A stretch of 64,000 nt of DNA from Mobula hypostoma (lineage: Eukaryota): assembly GCF_963921235.1 (NCBI RefSeq), contig NC_086109.1:8000001-8064000 (forward strand), written 5' to 3'. The position numbers and the translations under genes were made by a program. A model generated the notes under the pieces. The model saw only the letters and a program-made list of their open reading frames with translations. It was not told the origin of the DNA and did not search any database. Every line of letters begins with the position of its first letter. Positions within the stretch are counted from its first letter, which is position 1. Positions 36,141 through 48,990 of this stretch are shown here, in pieces.

Positions 36141-38640
36141 TTAGTGGGATTGTATTGCAGACCACCCAATAGTCAAAGAGAATTGGAAGTGCAAATCTGC
36201 AGAGAGATAGCAGGCAACTGCAGGAAACATAAAGTTGTGGTGGTAGGGGATTTTAATTTTCCATGTATTGATTGGGTCTCCCATACTGTTAGGGGTCTAG
36301 ATGGTTTAGAGTTTGTAAAATGTGTTCAGGAAAGTTTTCTAAATCAATTCCTAGAGGGACCAACTAGAGGGGATGCAATATTGGATCTCTCGTTAGGAAA
36401 TGAGTTAGGACCAGTGACAGAAGTCTGTGTAGGGGAGCACTTTGGTTCCAGTGATCATAACACCATTAGTTTCAACTTGATCATGGACAAGGATAGATCT
36501 GGTCCTAGGGTTGAGGTTCTTAACTGGAAGAAGGCCAAATTTGAAGAAATGAGAAAGGATCTAAAAAGCGTGGATTGGGACAGGTTGTTCTCTGGCAAGG
36601 ATGTGATCGGTAGGTGGGAAGCCTTCAAAGCAAAAATTTTGAGAGTGCAGAATTTGTATGTTCCTGTCAGGATTAAAGGCAAGGTGAATTGGAGTAAGGA
36701 ACCTTGGTTCTCAAGGGATATTGCAACTCTGATAAAGAAGAAGAGGGAGTTGTATGACGTGTATAGGAAGCAGGGAGTAAATAAGGTGCTTGAGGAGTAT
36801 AAGAACTGCAAGAAAATACTTAAGAAAGAAATCAGGAGGGCTAAAAGAAGACATGAGGTTGCCTTGGCAGTCAAAGTGAAGGATAATCCAAAGAGCTTTT
36901 ACAGGTATATTAAGAGCAAAAGGATTGTAAGGGATAAAATTGGTCCTCTTGAAGATCAGAGTGGTCGGCTATGTGCGGAACCAAAGGAAATGGGGGAGAT
37001 CTTAAATAGGTTTTTTGCGTCTGTGTTTACTAAGGAAACTGGCATGAAATCTATGGAATTAAGGGAAACAAGTAGTGAGATCATGGAAACTGTACAGATC
37101 GAAAAGGAGGATGTCCTTGCTGTCTTGAGGAAAATTAAAGTGGATAAATCCCCGGGACCTGACAGGGTGTTCCCTTGGACCTTGAAGGAGACTAGTGTTG
37201 AAATTGCAGGGGCCCTGGCAGAAATATTTAAAATGTCGCTGTCCACAGGTGAGGTGCCGGAGGATTGGAGAATGGCTCATGTTGTTCTGTTGTTTAAAAA
37301 AGGATCGTAAAGTAATCCAGGAAATTATAGGCCAGTAAGTTTAACATCGGTAGTAGGTAAGTTATTGGAGGGAGTACTAAGAGACAGAATCTACAAGCAT
37401 TTGGATAGACTGGGACTTATTAGGGAGAGTCAACATGGCTTTGTGTGTGGTAGGTCATGTTTGACCAATCTATTGGAGTTTTTCGCGGAGGTTACCAGGA
37501 AAGTGGATGAAGGGAAGGCAGTGGATATTGTCTACATGGACTTCAGTAAGGCCTTTGACAAGGTCCCGCATGGGAGGTTAGTTAGGAAAATTCATTCGCT
37601 AGGTATACATGGAGAGGTGGTAAATTGGATTAGACATTGGCTCGATGGAAGAAGCCAGAGAGTGGTGGTAGAGAATTACTTCTCTGAGTGGAGGCCTGTG
37701 ACTAGTGGTGTGCCACAGGGATCAGTGCTGGGTCCATTGTTATTTGTCATCTATATCAATGATCTGGATGATAATGTGGTAAATTGGATCAGCAAGTTTG
37801 CTGATGATACAAAGATTAGAGGTGTAGTAGACAGTGAGGAAGGTTTTCAGAGCCTGCAGAGGGACTTGGACCAGCTGGAAAAATGGGCTGAAAAATGGCA
37901 GATGGAGTTTAATACTGACAAGTGTGAGGTATTGCACGTTGGAAGGACAAACCAACATAGAACATACAGGGTTAATGGTAAGGCACTGAGGAGTGCAGTG
38001 GAACAGAGGGATCTGGGAATACAGATACAAAATTCCCTAAAAGTGGCGTCACAGGTAGATAGGGTCGTAAAGAGAGCTTTTGGTACATTGGCCTTTATTA
38101 ATCAAAGTATTGAGTATGAGAGCTGGAATGTTATGATGAGGTTGTATAAGGCATTAGTGAGGCCAAATCTGGAGTATTGTGTTCAGTTTTGGTCACCAAA
38201 TTACAGGAAGGATATAAATAAGGTTGAAAGAGTGCAGAGAAGGTTTACAAGGATGTTGCCAGGACTTGAGAAACTCAGTTACAGAGAAAGGTTGAATAGG
38301 TTGGGACTTTATTCCCTGGAGCGTAGAAGAATGAGGGGAGATTTGATAGAGGTATATAAAATTATGATGGGTATAGATAGAGTGAATGCAAGCAGGCTTT
38401 TTCCACTGAGGCAAGGGGAGAAAAAAAACCAGAGGACATGGGTTAAGGGTGAGGGGGGAAAACTTTAAAGGGAACATCAGGGGGGGCTTCTTCACACAGA
38501 GAGTGGTGGGAGTATGGAATAAGCTGCCAGACGAGGTGGTAAATGCGGGTTCTTTTTTAACATTTAAGAATGAATTGGACAGATACATGGATGGGAGGTG
38601 TATGGAGGGATATGGTCTGTGTGCAGGTCAGTGGGACTAG
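36141..38640 (+). pseudogene. CR1 ORF2 (APE endonuclease-reverse transcriptase), disrupted
   Basis: GDFN and SDH endonuclease motifs; YMDFSKAFD, GVPQGSVLGP, FADD RT motifs; one in-frame TAA at 37308-37310 and one frameshift in the A-run at 38421-38428. Confidence 0.9.
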
Positions 38641-38705
38641 GCAGAAAATGGTTCGGCACAGCCAAGAAGGGCCAAAAGCCCTGTTTCTGTGCTGTAGTTT
38701 CTATG
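36141..38705 (+). mobile_element. Young 5'-truncated CR1 LINE (2.56 kb)
   Basis: Continuous ORF2 from the endonuclease C-terminal part through RT to the stop, then CR1 3' UTR; host Rex tail resumes after 38705. Confidence 0.92.
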
Positions 38706-39124
38706 GTCACTACTTCTTTAAACTTTGTTTTTTGCACTAATGATCTTAATTTAACTATTTAACGTACATTTATATACTTCAGTTTTTTCCTATATTTAGC
38801 ATGTGTTGTACTATACTGCTGCCGTAAGTTAACAAATTTCAGGACATATGGCGGTGATGTTAAACCTGATTCTGACATTTTAAGTCAAGGCAGTACTGCA
38901 GTGTGTTTTAAAGGACCGGATTGTCCATACAGACCTGATGTCACACTTTGTAACAGATGCAGGCTAATCCTTTCTGTAAGCTGAGTCAGGGATTTTATCT
39001 TGAAGCTTAAAATTTACAAGCAAAAATTAATTTTAATTTTGTAGTGGCACAGGAGCTGACACCAATCTGATTTGTGCTGTATTTTAGCGTGGCCACAATG
39101 GTTTCCTCTTCCGAGGTAATGTAG

Positions 39125-40200
39125 GTTAGATACTTTGTTGATCCCAAAGGAAATTACAGTGTCACAGTAACATTGCAAGTGCACAGATAGACAAACATTA
39201 GAAATCAGAAAAAAAATGTTTACAAAATGAGTTTCCTCAAATAGTCTTTACAGGAAGGGGTCATCACTTCCCTGGCTACAGGTTGAGTCATTATAGAGCC
39301 TAATGGCTGAGGGTAAGAATGATCTCTTTGGAGCAGCACAGTTGTCTTAGTCTATTACCAAAAATGGCCTTCTGATCAGCCAAGGTGGCACGCAGAGGGT
39401 GAGAAACATTGTCTGGAGCTGCCAGGGTTTTCCGTAGGGTCCTTTGCTCTACCACAGCCTCCAGTGTGTCCAGTTTGACTCCTATAACAGAGCCAGTCTT
39501 TCTAATCAGTTTATTGAGCCTTTTGGCATCACCCGTGTTGATGCCATTGCCCCACCATATAGAACAGGGGTCCCCAACTTTTTTTGCACCGCGGGCCAGT
39601 TTAATATTGACAATATTCTTGCGGACAGGTGGGGGGGGGGTGTTCAAGTTCAACAGTACGTGATAGGGAATGAGGAAGGCTGCAGCTGACTCGTGTTGTT
39701 TCATAACGCCAAATCATATCGTTTCCTCGCGGCCCGGTCGGTGTTTGGGGACCACTGATACAGAAGATTGTACTGGCGACATCAGACTGGTAGAACATGT
39801 GAAGGAGAGGCCTGCATACTCCAAAGGACCTCAGTCTCCTCAGGAAGTAGAGGCGACTCTGGCCCTTCTTGTACACAACCTCCGTGTTGGTGCTTCACTC
39901 AAGTCTGTCATCCAGGTGCACCCACAGGTACTTGTAGGTCCTCCCCATATCCATGTCCTCATCATCAATAGTAGGAGGGAGCAGTGCAGGCTTACCTCTT
40001 TCTGAAGTCCATCACCATCTCTGTCAAATGGTGCAAGTTGAATCATCTGCAGCTCAACATCAGTAAGACAAACTCCTCCACCAGGGCCCTGTATTCATCC
40101 TCCTGTCCTCCCTTTATACACCCAACTATTGCTGAGTCATCAGAGATTTTCTGCAGATGATATGACTCAGTGTTTTATCTAAACTCTGAGGTATACAGAG
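39125..40200 (-). mobile_element. Rex1/Babar LINE 3' part
   Basis: ORFs KKGQSRLYFLRRLRSFGVCRPLLHMFYQS and DAKRLNKLIRKTGSVIG. Confidence 0.8.
39565..39757. mobile_element. hAT-Charlie-type MITE (193 bp) nested in the Rex element
   Basis: TIRs caggggtccccaa / ttggggaccactg; 8-bp TSD atatagaa (39557-39564) and atacagaa (39758-39765). Confidence 0.85.
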
Positions 40201-40359
40201 TAAATATTGAAGGCTATAATGAAATACAGTGCAACAAAAATCTTCCACATTTTGTAAACTTTTGCTCGCCTGTCATTATTACAAACCCATTGTCAATAAA
40301 TGCTGTCTAGATAATTTCACATCCAAATGAAAGGTACGTCTTAATCTTCATTAGATCAT

Positions 40360-40935
40360 CCAGATTAGTGTATTGAGTACAATAGATGGGATGTTATGTT
40401 GAAGTAAAATAAGACGTTGGTGAGGCCTGATTTGGAGTGCCTACCTGTAGGAAAGATGAAAACAAGGTTGAAAGATAGCAGAGAAAACTTACAAGGGTGT
40501 TGTCAGGTCTGGAGGACCTGAGTTATGAGGAAAGATTGAACAGATTAGGACTGTATTCTTTAGAACATAGAAAATTGAGAGGAGATTTGATGGAGGGGTA
40601 TAGACTGGGTAAATGCAGGCCTTTTCCATTAAGATTGGGTGGGACTACAACCAGAGGTTAAGGGTGAAAAGTGAGAAGTTTATGGGAAACATGAGGGGAA
40701 ACTTCTTCATTCAGAGGGTCTTGAGAGTGTGGAATGAGCTGCCAGCGCAAGTGGTGCATGTAAGCTTGACTTCAACGTTTAAGAGAAGTTTGGATAGGTA
40801 TGTAGATAGTAGGGATATGGAGGGCTATGGTCCCTGTGCAGGTCTTTGGGAGAAGACAGTTTAAATGGTTTAGGCATGGACTAGATGGGCCAAAGGGCCT
40901 GATTCTGTCCTGTACTTCTCGATGACTCCATGATT
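40360..40935 (+). mobile_element. CR1 LINE 3' fragment
   Basis: ORF 40613-40864: MRGNFFIQRVLRVWNELP; CR1 tail. Confidence 0.8.
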
Positions 40936-41594
40936 CTGTAAATGTTCTATTTCCAGTCTGTTTCTGGATATACATTTGATAGAATTCATAAGACTGAATC
41001 CACGTTCGCAGTTAGCACTGGAAGCTGGGTTCTAGCTGCGCAGCAACGAAGGCTATGTGCGTGGGAGCATTTCAGTTACTGTGCACCCGTGCAGCTTAGA
41101 GGGAGCAGTGCTGTCCACGGTGCATCAATGTGTTGGTGCATATGAGCTATTCAGAATCAGAGTTGAGATTATTTTCGGTGAGCACTTTAGAGCACAAGAC
41201 ATTAAAATTACTATAAATTTCAAAACCAGTACAAGAAGAGGAATAATGAGGTGGTGTTCATGTCACTAGTGGGAGAGCAACAAACAAACGATGGGATGTT
41301 TGCTGTGAAATGAGGGTCCACTTATTTAAAACTGAGTTAGTCGTGGAGTACTACTGCCCAGAAGCAGTCCCTTTGGCGCTTCCAGTTCATGCTGCAGCTA
41401 TCTGCATAGTCCTGTAGACCTGCACTTGGATCATAGACCTCCATACCCCTCCCAGCCATGCACTTACTCAAATTTCCGAGGTGCTTGGAAACTTGCAGAG
41501 ACAGACTATAGAGCAGAGGTCACTAATCTTTACTATGCCATCGAAAAATACCGTTAAGCAAGGGGTCTGTGGACCCCCATTTGGGAAGCCCTGC

Positions 41595-41900
41595 TGGAGA
41601 AATCTGGAGTTAAACACACGACATCAGGACTGATGAAGGGTCTTGACCCAAAAGGTCGACGCACGCAAAATGCTGGAGGAACTCAGCAGGTCAGGTAGCA
41701 TCTGTGGAAATGAATGAACAGTTGACCTTTTGGGTCAAGGGCCTTCGTCAGACAGTCTCCCGATGAAGTATCTCAAGCCAAAACATCGACAGTTTATTCG
41801 TTTCCATAGATGCTGCCTGACCTGCTGAGTTCCTCCAGCGTTTTGTGTGTATGTGTGTGTCTGTCTGTCTTTGGATTTCCAGCACCTGCAGAATCTCTTA
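41595..41900. mobile_element. Complex fold-back PLE remnant with three degenerate hammerhead motifs
   Basis: CTGATGA 41630-41636 (+), CTGACGA ~41745-41751 (-), ccgatga ~41760 (+); all have GAAA changed to AAAA; inverted arms. Confidence 0.65.
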
Positions 41901-42687
41901 TGTCCAAAAGATGGACTGCTCATTTCTCTCCCTACCTGCTGCCTGACCAACTGAGTTCCTTCTACATTTTGTGCAGGAATTTTTCCTTTTGGAGGGTGGT
42001 GAATCTCTGGAATTCTCTGCCCCTGCGGGTGGTGGAGGACAGATCATTTAGGCCTTTTAAAGGTGGGAATAGACCAATATTTGAGATAAAGGAATTGAAG
42101 GCTCTCGGGGAACAGGCATGGAAGAGGAGCTCAGTTGGTCGTTTATGATAGGGCAGTTTTGAGTGCAGGGTAGCCTATTCCAGCTGCTATTTTCTATAAA
42201 ACTTTCAGCTGTGTATGAATTCAGAACTATTGCAAAGTTAACGGGTCTCTGAAGTGGGGTAGCACCCACTCCTTTGTTTGTATTTAATTGTCAGTCAGCC
42301 ATACATGTATGTAGTCAGCTGAAACACCAAGGTGCAAAACGCAGTACATACAGTCAAGACGGTAAATGTAGTTACAATAGCACATAGCAATATTAGCACA
42401 ATTCCCTGCGTGTTATGGCCTGTAGATTGATGGTGCATGGGATGTTGTCCTGGAGCCATGTTTCCGCAAGAACAAGCACGCAGCAGTCCCAAATCCCCCG
42501 CAGACAAAGGCAATCTAGCTTGTTTTCCAGTGAGTGAAATTACTCACAAGATCTCCGGTTCAAATATATCTCGCTGCCACTTTTGATCAATTAAAGATGA
42601 CTAATAAATGATGGCTTTCTGGTAACATCTACCTCAGGTCAATCAATAAAAATTAAATGAGAACAATGCTTTGAGAGGTATGTGTGT

Positions 42688-43172
42688 ACAGTACACAAGT
42701 TTTAGGCACATCTACAGCTAGGGTGTGTAAGACTTCTGCACAGTGCTGTATTTGTCATCGTGGAGTGGAGAGTGAGTTTGTAAATCTGGTGGGAGCAAAA
42801 TATGTTGGGAATGGGATGGCAGAGAAAAGGTGTCCAAGGCGGGGGTGGCGCTGGTGCAAACAGGTCCAGCTCCGAGACACCAGGCAAGGTGATTTGATTC
42901 CAAACAATTGGTTTATTGATCATTACAGAATGTGTCTCTGATGCTTCCCTCTCCCTTCCCCTTTTCCTAATCATGATTTCCCTCTTCCTGCCCCCTTCCC
43001 GCTCTCAGTCCACGATACAGACCCAGATCAGAATCAGGTTTATCATCACTCACATATGCCATGAAATTTTTTTTTTTTTTTTGGAGTAGTACAGTGCAAT
43101 ACATGAAGTTACCACAGGACTGGCCTTGGGCAGCCTAGAGATAGATATATAGATAAAATATACGTACCTAAA
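42688..43172. mobile_element. Composite repeat bounded by ~60-bp Tc1-type mini-MITEs
   Basis: cagtac...aggcac...aagacttctgcacagtgctg at 42688-42748, related degenerate unit ~43113-43172; Rex-type tail in between. Confidence 0.45.
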
Positions 43173-43829
43173 ACAGTACTGTATATGTGAGTACTGTGCC
43201 TGTACGAATTGTGTTTTGTAGTGATTTCTCTGTCATTCGGAAAACTGAGTACTGCCACTTTGTCAATCTCTCATGGTTTACTCCTGGCAGCAGCAGACAC
43301 TTTATCTTAAGTTTGGACTTGGTGTGGACTCATTGATCAGAAGTGGGTTTTGATTTCACCAGTTATGCCAGTCGTGTGCCATCTTGCCTTCAGCTCTGCA
43401 GCCCGTCCTGGGAGTTGGAGGCCTGTGAGAGTGAGTGGCAGGGTGGGGAGGGATTTGTTTTGCTGTTACTGTTGTTGTTGCTTGTGTTGTTCTGCTGAAT
43501 ATTGTGGGAATGCTGTGTTGGTGACGGAGTGTGTGGCGACACTTGCAGACTGCCTCCAGCCCACCCGTAGTCTGTGTGTGAACGCAAATGACTCATTTCA
43601 CTGTGTTTCAATGTTCTGTTCGTGATAAATAAATGAATCTGAATTTGAACTGTCTCCAGTTTGATGTATTGCCACAGTTAACTGAATGAGGAAAGAATGC
43701 CCTTGCATTATTTCTAAAAACATTTTTCCCTTCCTTTTTAAAAATAAAAACACACTTAGTCGGCTATTTTCCCATGAATAGTTCATCTGAAGAACAGCAG
43801 GAATGTGATTTAAGTTCAGAGAAATTGCA

Positions 43830-44430
43830 CCATCCATCCCAAAGTGGTCAAAGGGATTGGGACCATATCTAACACAGTCAGGCCTTCTGTACTTTGCAGT
43901 CCACGATCGATGTCGTGTCCAATCAGTCTGTGTAACATGCAGTCCAGGGCAATGCGATATGGAGAGCAGGCTGCCCCTCTCCACACAGCTGATGGATACA
44001 AAGGACCGATACACTTTGGCACCAGTGGCATTGTAGGAGTCCCCAGTCAGTGTTGAACTCGTAGGATTGCCTGAGAAGATTTAGCTCCAAATTTTTCCTC
44101 GGGTGTTACTCCCGAAGCCTTCCCCATAAGTGGGTATAACCCCAAGGCAATGGAAGTTTGAGGTTGGAGTTTTCCTTCTAGCTGAGCTGCCAGCCGCGCC
44201 TGACGAGCTCCATCTGCCTAAAGCGACTGGTTTTAAGGTGCCTGTAGCCCGCTTCTGCCCCTTCTGCCAGTTGAAACGGTTCTGCCAGGCTCAGTAACTA
44301 AGCCACATGCGAAGGCAGGAGCTGGACTTGGTTGTCAGAGGCTATTTGAGAAGCACGTCATTGGGAGCATTTTCTGGGTCGTGGCAGGTTACCCCCTCTA
44401 CCTCCCCTGGTCACAACAGCCTTACGGAAT
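43830..44430 (-). mobile_element. RTE-related non-autonomous element
   Basis: Minus strand has the RTE-UTR-like motif ggcagctcagctagaaggaaaactc and ends in ggatggatgg; assignment by recalled similarity. Confidence 0.5.
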
Positions 44431-44499
44431 CAATTACACAATGGCTGAAGTGTTTATCATCTGCCAAATGTATTGTAGTTAGTTGATTCGGCTGTCTTT

Positions 44500-45880
44500 T
44501 TGCCTCGATCATAGAAAAGATGTGGAGGTATCAGAGAGGGTGCAGAGGAGGTTCACCAGGATGAGGCCTGGATTAGAGAGTATTAGCTATAAAGAGAGTT
44601 TAGACAAACTGAGGTTGTTCTCTCTGGAGTATTGGAAGCTGAGACTGATAAAGACATTTTATGAGAGACTTGGGGTAGACAGTCACTATCTCTTTAGCAT
44701 TTTTGAAATACCTTGTGCTAGAGGGCATAGGTTTGAGATGAGAGGGGAAATAGCTATATGGACAGGAAAGGAATGGAGGGTTATGGGCTGAGTGCAGATT
44801 GGTGGGACTAGGTGAGAGGAAGAGCTCGGCACGGACTAGAAGGGCCGAAATGGCCTGTTTCCGTGCTGTAATTGTTATATGGTTATATGAAATTTTAAAA
44901 GGAGATGTGTGTGGCAATTACTTTATTCACAGAGTAGTAGATGCCTGGGACGGACTTGATGGTGGTGTTTAGCTGCATTTAGATATGCACGTAAATGTGT
45001 GGGGAATGGAGAAGTATAGGTCATGTGCAGGGTGATAGTTTAATTTGGTATCACCATAGGCTTGGACACAAGGGTCAAAGGTCCTGTTCCTGAGCTGTAC
45101 TATACAACGTGACCTCTATCATCAAGGAGCTTAAGTAATCCCTATTCGGCTAATCAAATCTTCTTGCACTAAAGAAATTTGGGCCTCGTATCTAAACAAG
45201 CATTGGAGAAGGTCCCGTGGAGGATCATGAGAATGATCTTGTGAATGAAAGGGTTAATAGAGCAACATTTGATGGACCTGGGCCGGTACTCGGAGGTTAG
45301 AAGAGTGAGAGGGCATCTCATTGAGCCCTACTGAATATTGAAGGTCTCAGATAGTATGGATGTAGGGAGGATCTTTCTGATGATGGGAGGTGCAAGACTG
45401 GAGAGTACAGCCTCGGAATACAACTGTGTCCTTTAAGAACAGATGAGGAATTTCTTCAGCTAGAAGGTGGTGAATCTCTGGAATCCATTGCCACGGATAA
45501 CTGTGTAGGCCAAGTCATTGAACTCTGTTGAATATTGTAAGACCTAGACAGAGTGAATGCAGGGGGAACTTTTCCTGCAGTGGGAGAGTCTACATGCAGG
45601 GAGCACAGCCTCAGAATATAAGGATATCCCTTAGAACAAAAAGAGGAGGAATTTTTTAGCCAAAGGATGGTGAATCAGTAGAATTCGTTGCTACAGATGG
45701 CTGTGGAGTCCAGGTTATTGGGTGTATTTAAAGTGGAGGTTGATAGGTTCTCGATTAGTAAGGGTGTCAAAAGTTAGGGGGGAAAAGCAGGAGAATGGGT
45801 TTGAGAGAGATAATAAATCAGCCATGATTGAATGGTGGAACAAGCTTTATCGTCAAATTGCCCAATTGTACTGCTATGTC
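44500..45880 (+). mobile_element. Cluster of CR1 3' fragments
   Basis: ORF 44483-44791 RKDVEVSERVQRRFTRMRPGLE; repeated TRGHSL-type segments and CR1 tails. Confidence 0.75.
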
Positions 45881-46065
45881 TTAAACCACTCAATGTTTTA
45901 GGAACAGCTTCTTCTCTGCCATCAGATATCTAATCCACGAATCCATGAGCACTACTTAATTTTTTTGCTTGCTTTTTGGACTATTTTATTTTTTTATTTC
46001 TTATTACTTAATGTTTTGTGTATTGCACTGTACCGCTGCATCAAAACAACAGATTGAATGACATA

Positions 46066-46618
46066 CACTCAGTGGCCACTTTATTAGGTACACCTGTGTA
46101 TACCTCGCTAATGCAAGTATGTAATCAGCCAATCATGTGGCCGCAACTCAATGCAGAAAAGCATGCAGACATGGTCAAGAGATTCAGTTGGTGTTCAGAC
46201 CAAATATCAGAATGGGGAAGATATGTGGTCAAAGTGACTTTGACCCTGGAATGTTTGGTGTCAGACAAGGTGGTTTGAGTATCTCAAACTGCTGATCTCC
46301 TGGGATTTTCACACAAAAGTCTCTAGAGTTTACCAAGAATGGTGCAAGAAAAAAAGCATCTAGTGAGCGGCAGTTCTGTGGGTGAAAACACCGCGTTAAT
46401 GAGAGAGGTCAGAGGAGAATGGCCAGACTGGTTCAAGCTGACAGGAAGGGGACGGTAACTCAAATAGCCACACATTACAACAGTGGTGTGCAGAAGAACA
46501 TCTCTGGTATGTGACAACATGTCGAACCTTGAAGTTGGGTGGGCTACAGCAGCAGAAGACCATGAACATAGACTCAGTGGCCACTTTACTAGGTACAGGA
46601 TGTGCTGGCCACTGAGTG
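46066..46618 (+). mobile_element. Internally deleted Tc1-like DNA transposon
   Basis: TA TSD (46064-65, 46619-20); TIR cactcagtggcca / tggccactgagtg; decayed transposase N-terminus (TADLLGF, ERGQRRMARLVQADRK). Confidence 0.85.
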
Positions 46619-47231
46619 TATGTTAGTGATAATAAACCTGATTATGAGCTTCATTATTTTAAGAAAGCAATTGAGCCACATTTTTGTAACTTTAGAGTTT
46701 GAGTACTGCCAAAGGAACTGAGCCGTGAGGACAAAAAGACAGTTGCAGCATCTAAAGTCTCAGGATCAATTCTGTAACCAGCTAGGCACCGAATCGTGAA
46801 GCTCTTATTCAGTTGATTGACCTTGCTTCCTCTTCGGCAGAGTCTTGCTTACGCTGTGGCCTCCTCACTGCTACAAATGGTGATGCACCATTCTGACGTC
46901 TGCTCTGGGGAGTCTTCTCTCACACGCCCATGTGAATAGCCTTTTCCTGTGCACAATATTGCAAGTGTCCAGTGGGATCAACCGGCCACCTACCTCAGCT
47001 TTATATTCTGCATACCCGATTCTGAAGATTCAACGATTCAGGAAACACTTCTTCCCCTCTGTTCATGGGCGGTCCATAAACGCTGGCTTATTGTTGCAGT
47101 ATTTGCTTTTGCTATTGATCAGTCAGATTTCTGAATGGCTTATGACACTATTATTCCTAGCATTTGCATTACTTGTTTATGTTTGTTATCTATAATAATT
47201 TTATCCCTTTGGACTATACCGTAATTGGATA

Positions 47232-47540
47232 TTTTATTTATTTTAATTTTAGAGGTACAGCACAGAATTGGCCCTTCTGACCATTCGAACTGTGCTGCCC
47301 AGAAAGCCCTGACATCCCTGATTTAATCCTAACCTCATCGCGGGACAATTTGCAATGACCAATTAATCTAACCGATACACTTTTGGACGGTGGCGGGAAG
47401 CTGGAGCCCTTGGAGGATGCCCATGCATTCCACTGAGGAGACATGCAGAGCGTGTTTACAGGGACGCTGGGAATGGACTGCGAACCCCAACTCCCCAAGC
47501 TGTAATAGCGTTACACCAATCGCTATGCTCCCGTGATGCC
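47232..47540 (-). mobile_element. V-domain tRNA SINE
   Basis: Reverse-complement tail, core and head. Confidence 0.7.
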
Positions 47541-48239
47541 TACATTTTATTTAAGGTGGAGGATTATTGGTTGTTGATTGGTAAGGGTGTCAAAAGTTAC
47601 AGGAAGAAGGCAGGAGAATGATGTTGGGAGGGATAATAAATCAGCCATGATCGAATGGCAGAGTAAACTTGTTGGGCTGAATGGCCTAGTTCAACTCTGA
47701 TGGAAAAGCAGCAAATCATGTCATTGAATTTAGTGATAATCAATCTGATTCTGATATTACCAGTGTGCCTTGAAGCATATGCCACCTCTAAATTCTTCAA
47801 TATGGGATAAGGGTTTTGCTGGCAAGTCCACCTTTAATTGACCTTGGGTATTTGGTGAACCACTGCCTTGAACTCAGTGCTGCTGAAGATGGTAGGTTTA
47901 TATTGTACATTTGAAGCCTGGTCTTGGCTTGGTCAGTCCAGCATTGATTTTCCCATATCCAGTTACCTGGGAGAGAGAGGTGGTGAGCAGCTACCTTGAA
48001 CCACTACAGTTCTTCTCCCATTTGTAGGCGTAGGCAGGGGACCTGCGGGCATTAGACCCAGTGGTGTTGAAGGACTGGTCAGGTACTTCCCAGCTGGGAT
48101 GATGTGTAACTTGCAGGTGGCTGTGTACACGTAACATCTGTGCTTGTTCCCCATGACAGTGGAGTTTATAAGTTTGGAAGATGTTGTGGAGTAACCTGCT
48201 GGGGAAAAACTACGGCCCATAACTTCAGAGTTGTGTGCA

Positions 48240-48990
48240 TGGCAACCAGCTTCCCCTCAATGGATTCTCACCGCCTCGGTAAAGCAGTCAGCATAATCAA
48301 AGATCCCACCCACCCTGGATATTCCCTCTTCTCCCCTCTCCCATCGGGCAGAAGGTACAAAAGCCTGAAAGCACAATCCATCATGTTCAAGGACAGCCTC
48401 TCGAAGACTATTGAGTGGTCCCCTAATACTTCCAGATGGACTCTTGACCACACAATCTATCTCGGTGTGATCTTGAATTGAATAATCTTTATTGTCATTA
48501 TACATAGGTACGATGAAACTCTGTTTGGCTTCCTCTCAGGCAATTAAATAAAGTGGTAGATAAAAACAAGACGGTAATAGAAAAACAGTATTAAATTGAT
48601 AAGTAGCAGAAAATAGGTTGCAGCAGCACCAGAATATCACAGTAATGCACAAAGTGCTGTTAGTGCAAGTATTTGAGTCCTTGTGTGTATGTGTGTGCTC
48701 ACAGTTTCGGTCATTGTCCTGTGGGGGTGGTGTGATGGAGGCCACAGCTCTGGGATAGAAGCTGTTCCTCAGTCTATCTGTTCTGGCTTTTAGTGTCCTG
48801 AGCCCTTTGCTGGACGGCAGCGGGTCAAACAGGGAGTGGCCTGTTTGTACCTTATTGTCTACCTGTACTGCTCTTCGCAATGGTATGCTTTATTCTGCAT
48901 TGTTATTGTTATACCCTGTTCTACCTCTATGCTGTATGAACAATATGCAAGACAAGCTTTCCATTGTACCTCAGTAAAGTGATAATAATC
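48240..48990 (+). mobile_element. Rex-type 3' fragment with a nested minus-strand Rex-type fragment (~48474-48855)
   Basis: HPGYSLFSPLPSGRRYKSLKA (+) and GHSLFDPLPSSKGLRTLKARTDRLRNSFYPRAV (-). Confidence 0.75.

Noticed and set aside
36111..38468. 399-aa and 367-aa ORFs as host genes
   Set aside because: They are two halves of one CR1 ORF2 split by a stop; the ATG at 36111 lies in the flanking Rex tail
36455..38588. Antisense ORFs of 73-139 aa
   Set aside because: Shadows of the CR1 coding strand
44200..44280. CTGACGAG...GAAAC as a hammerhead
   Set aside because: About 65 nt apart with no closing helix II and no supporting helix I or III
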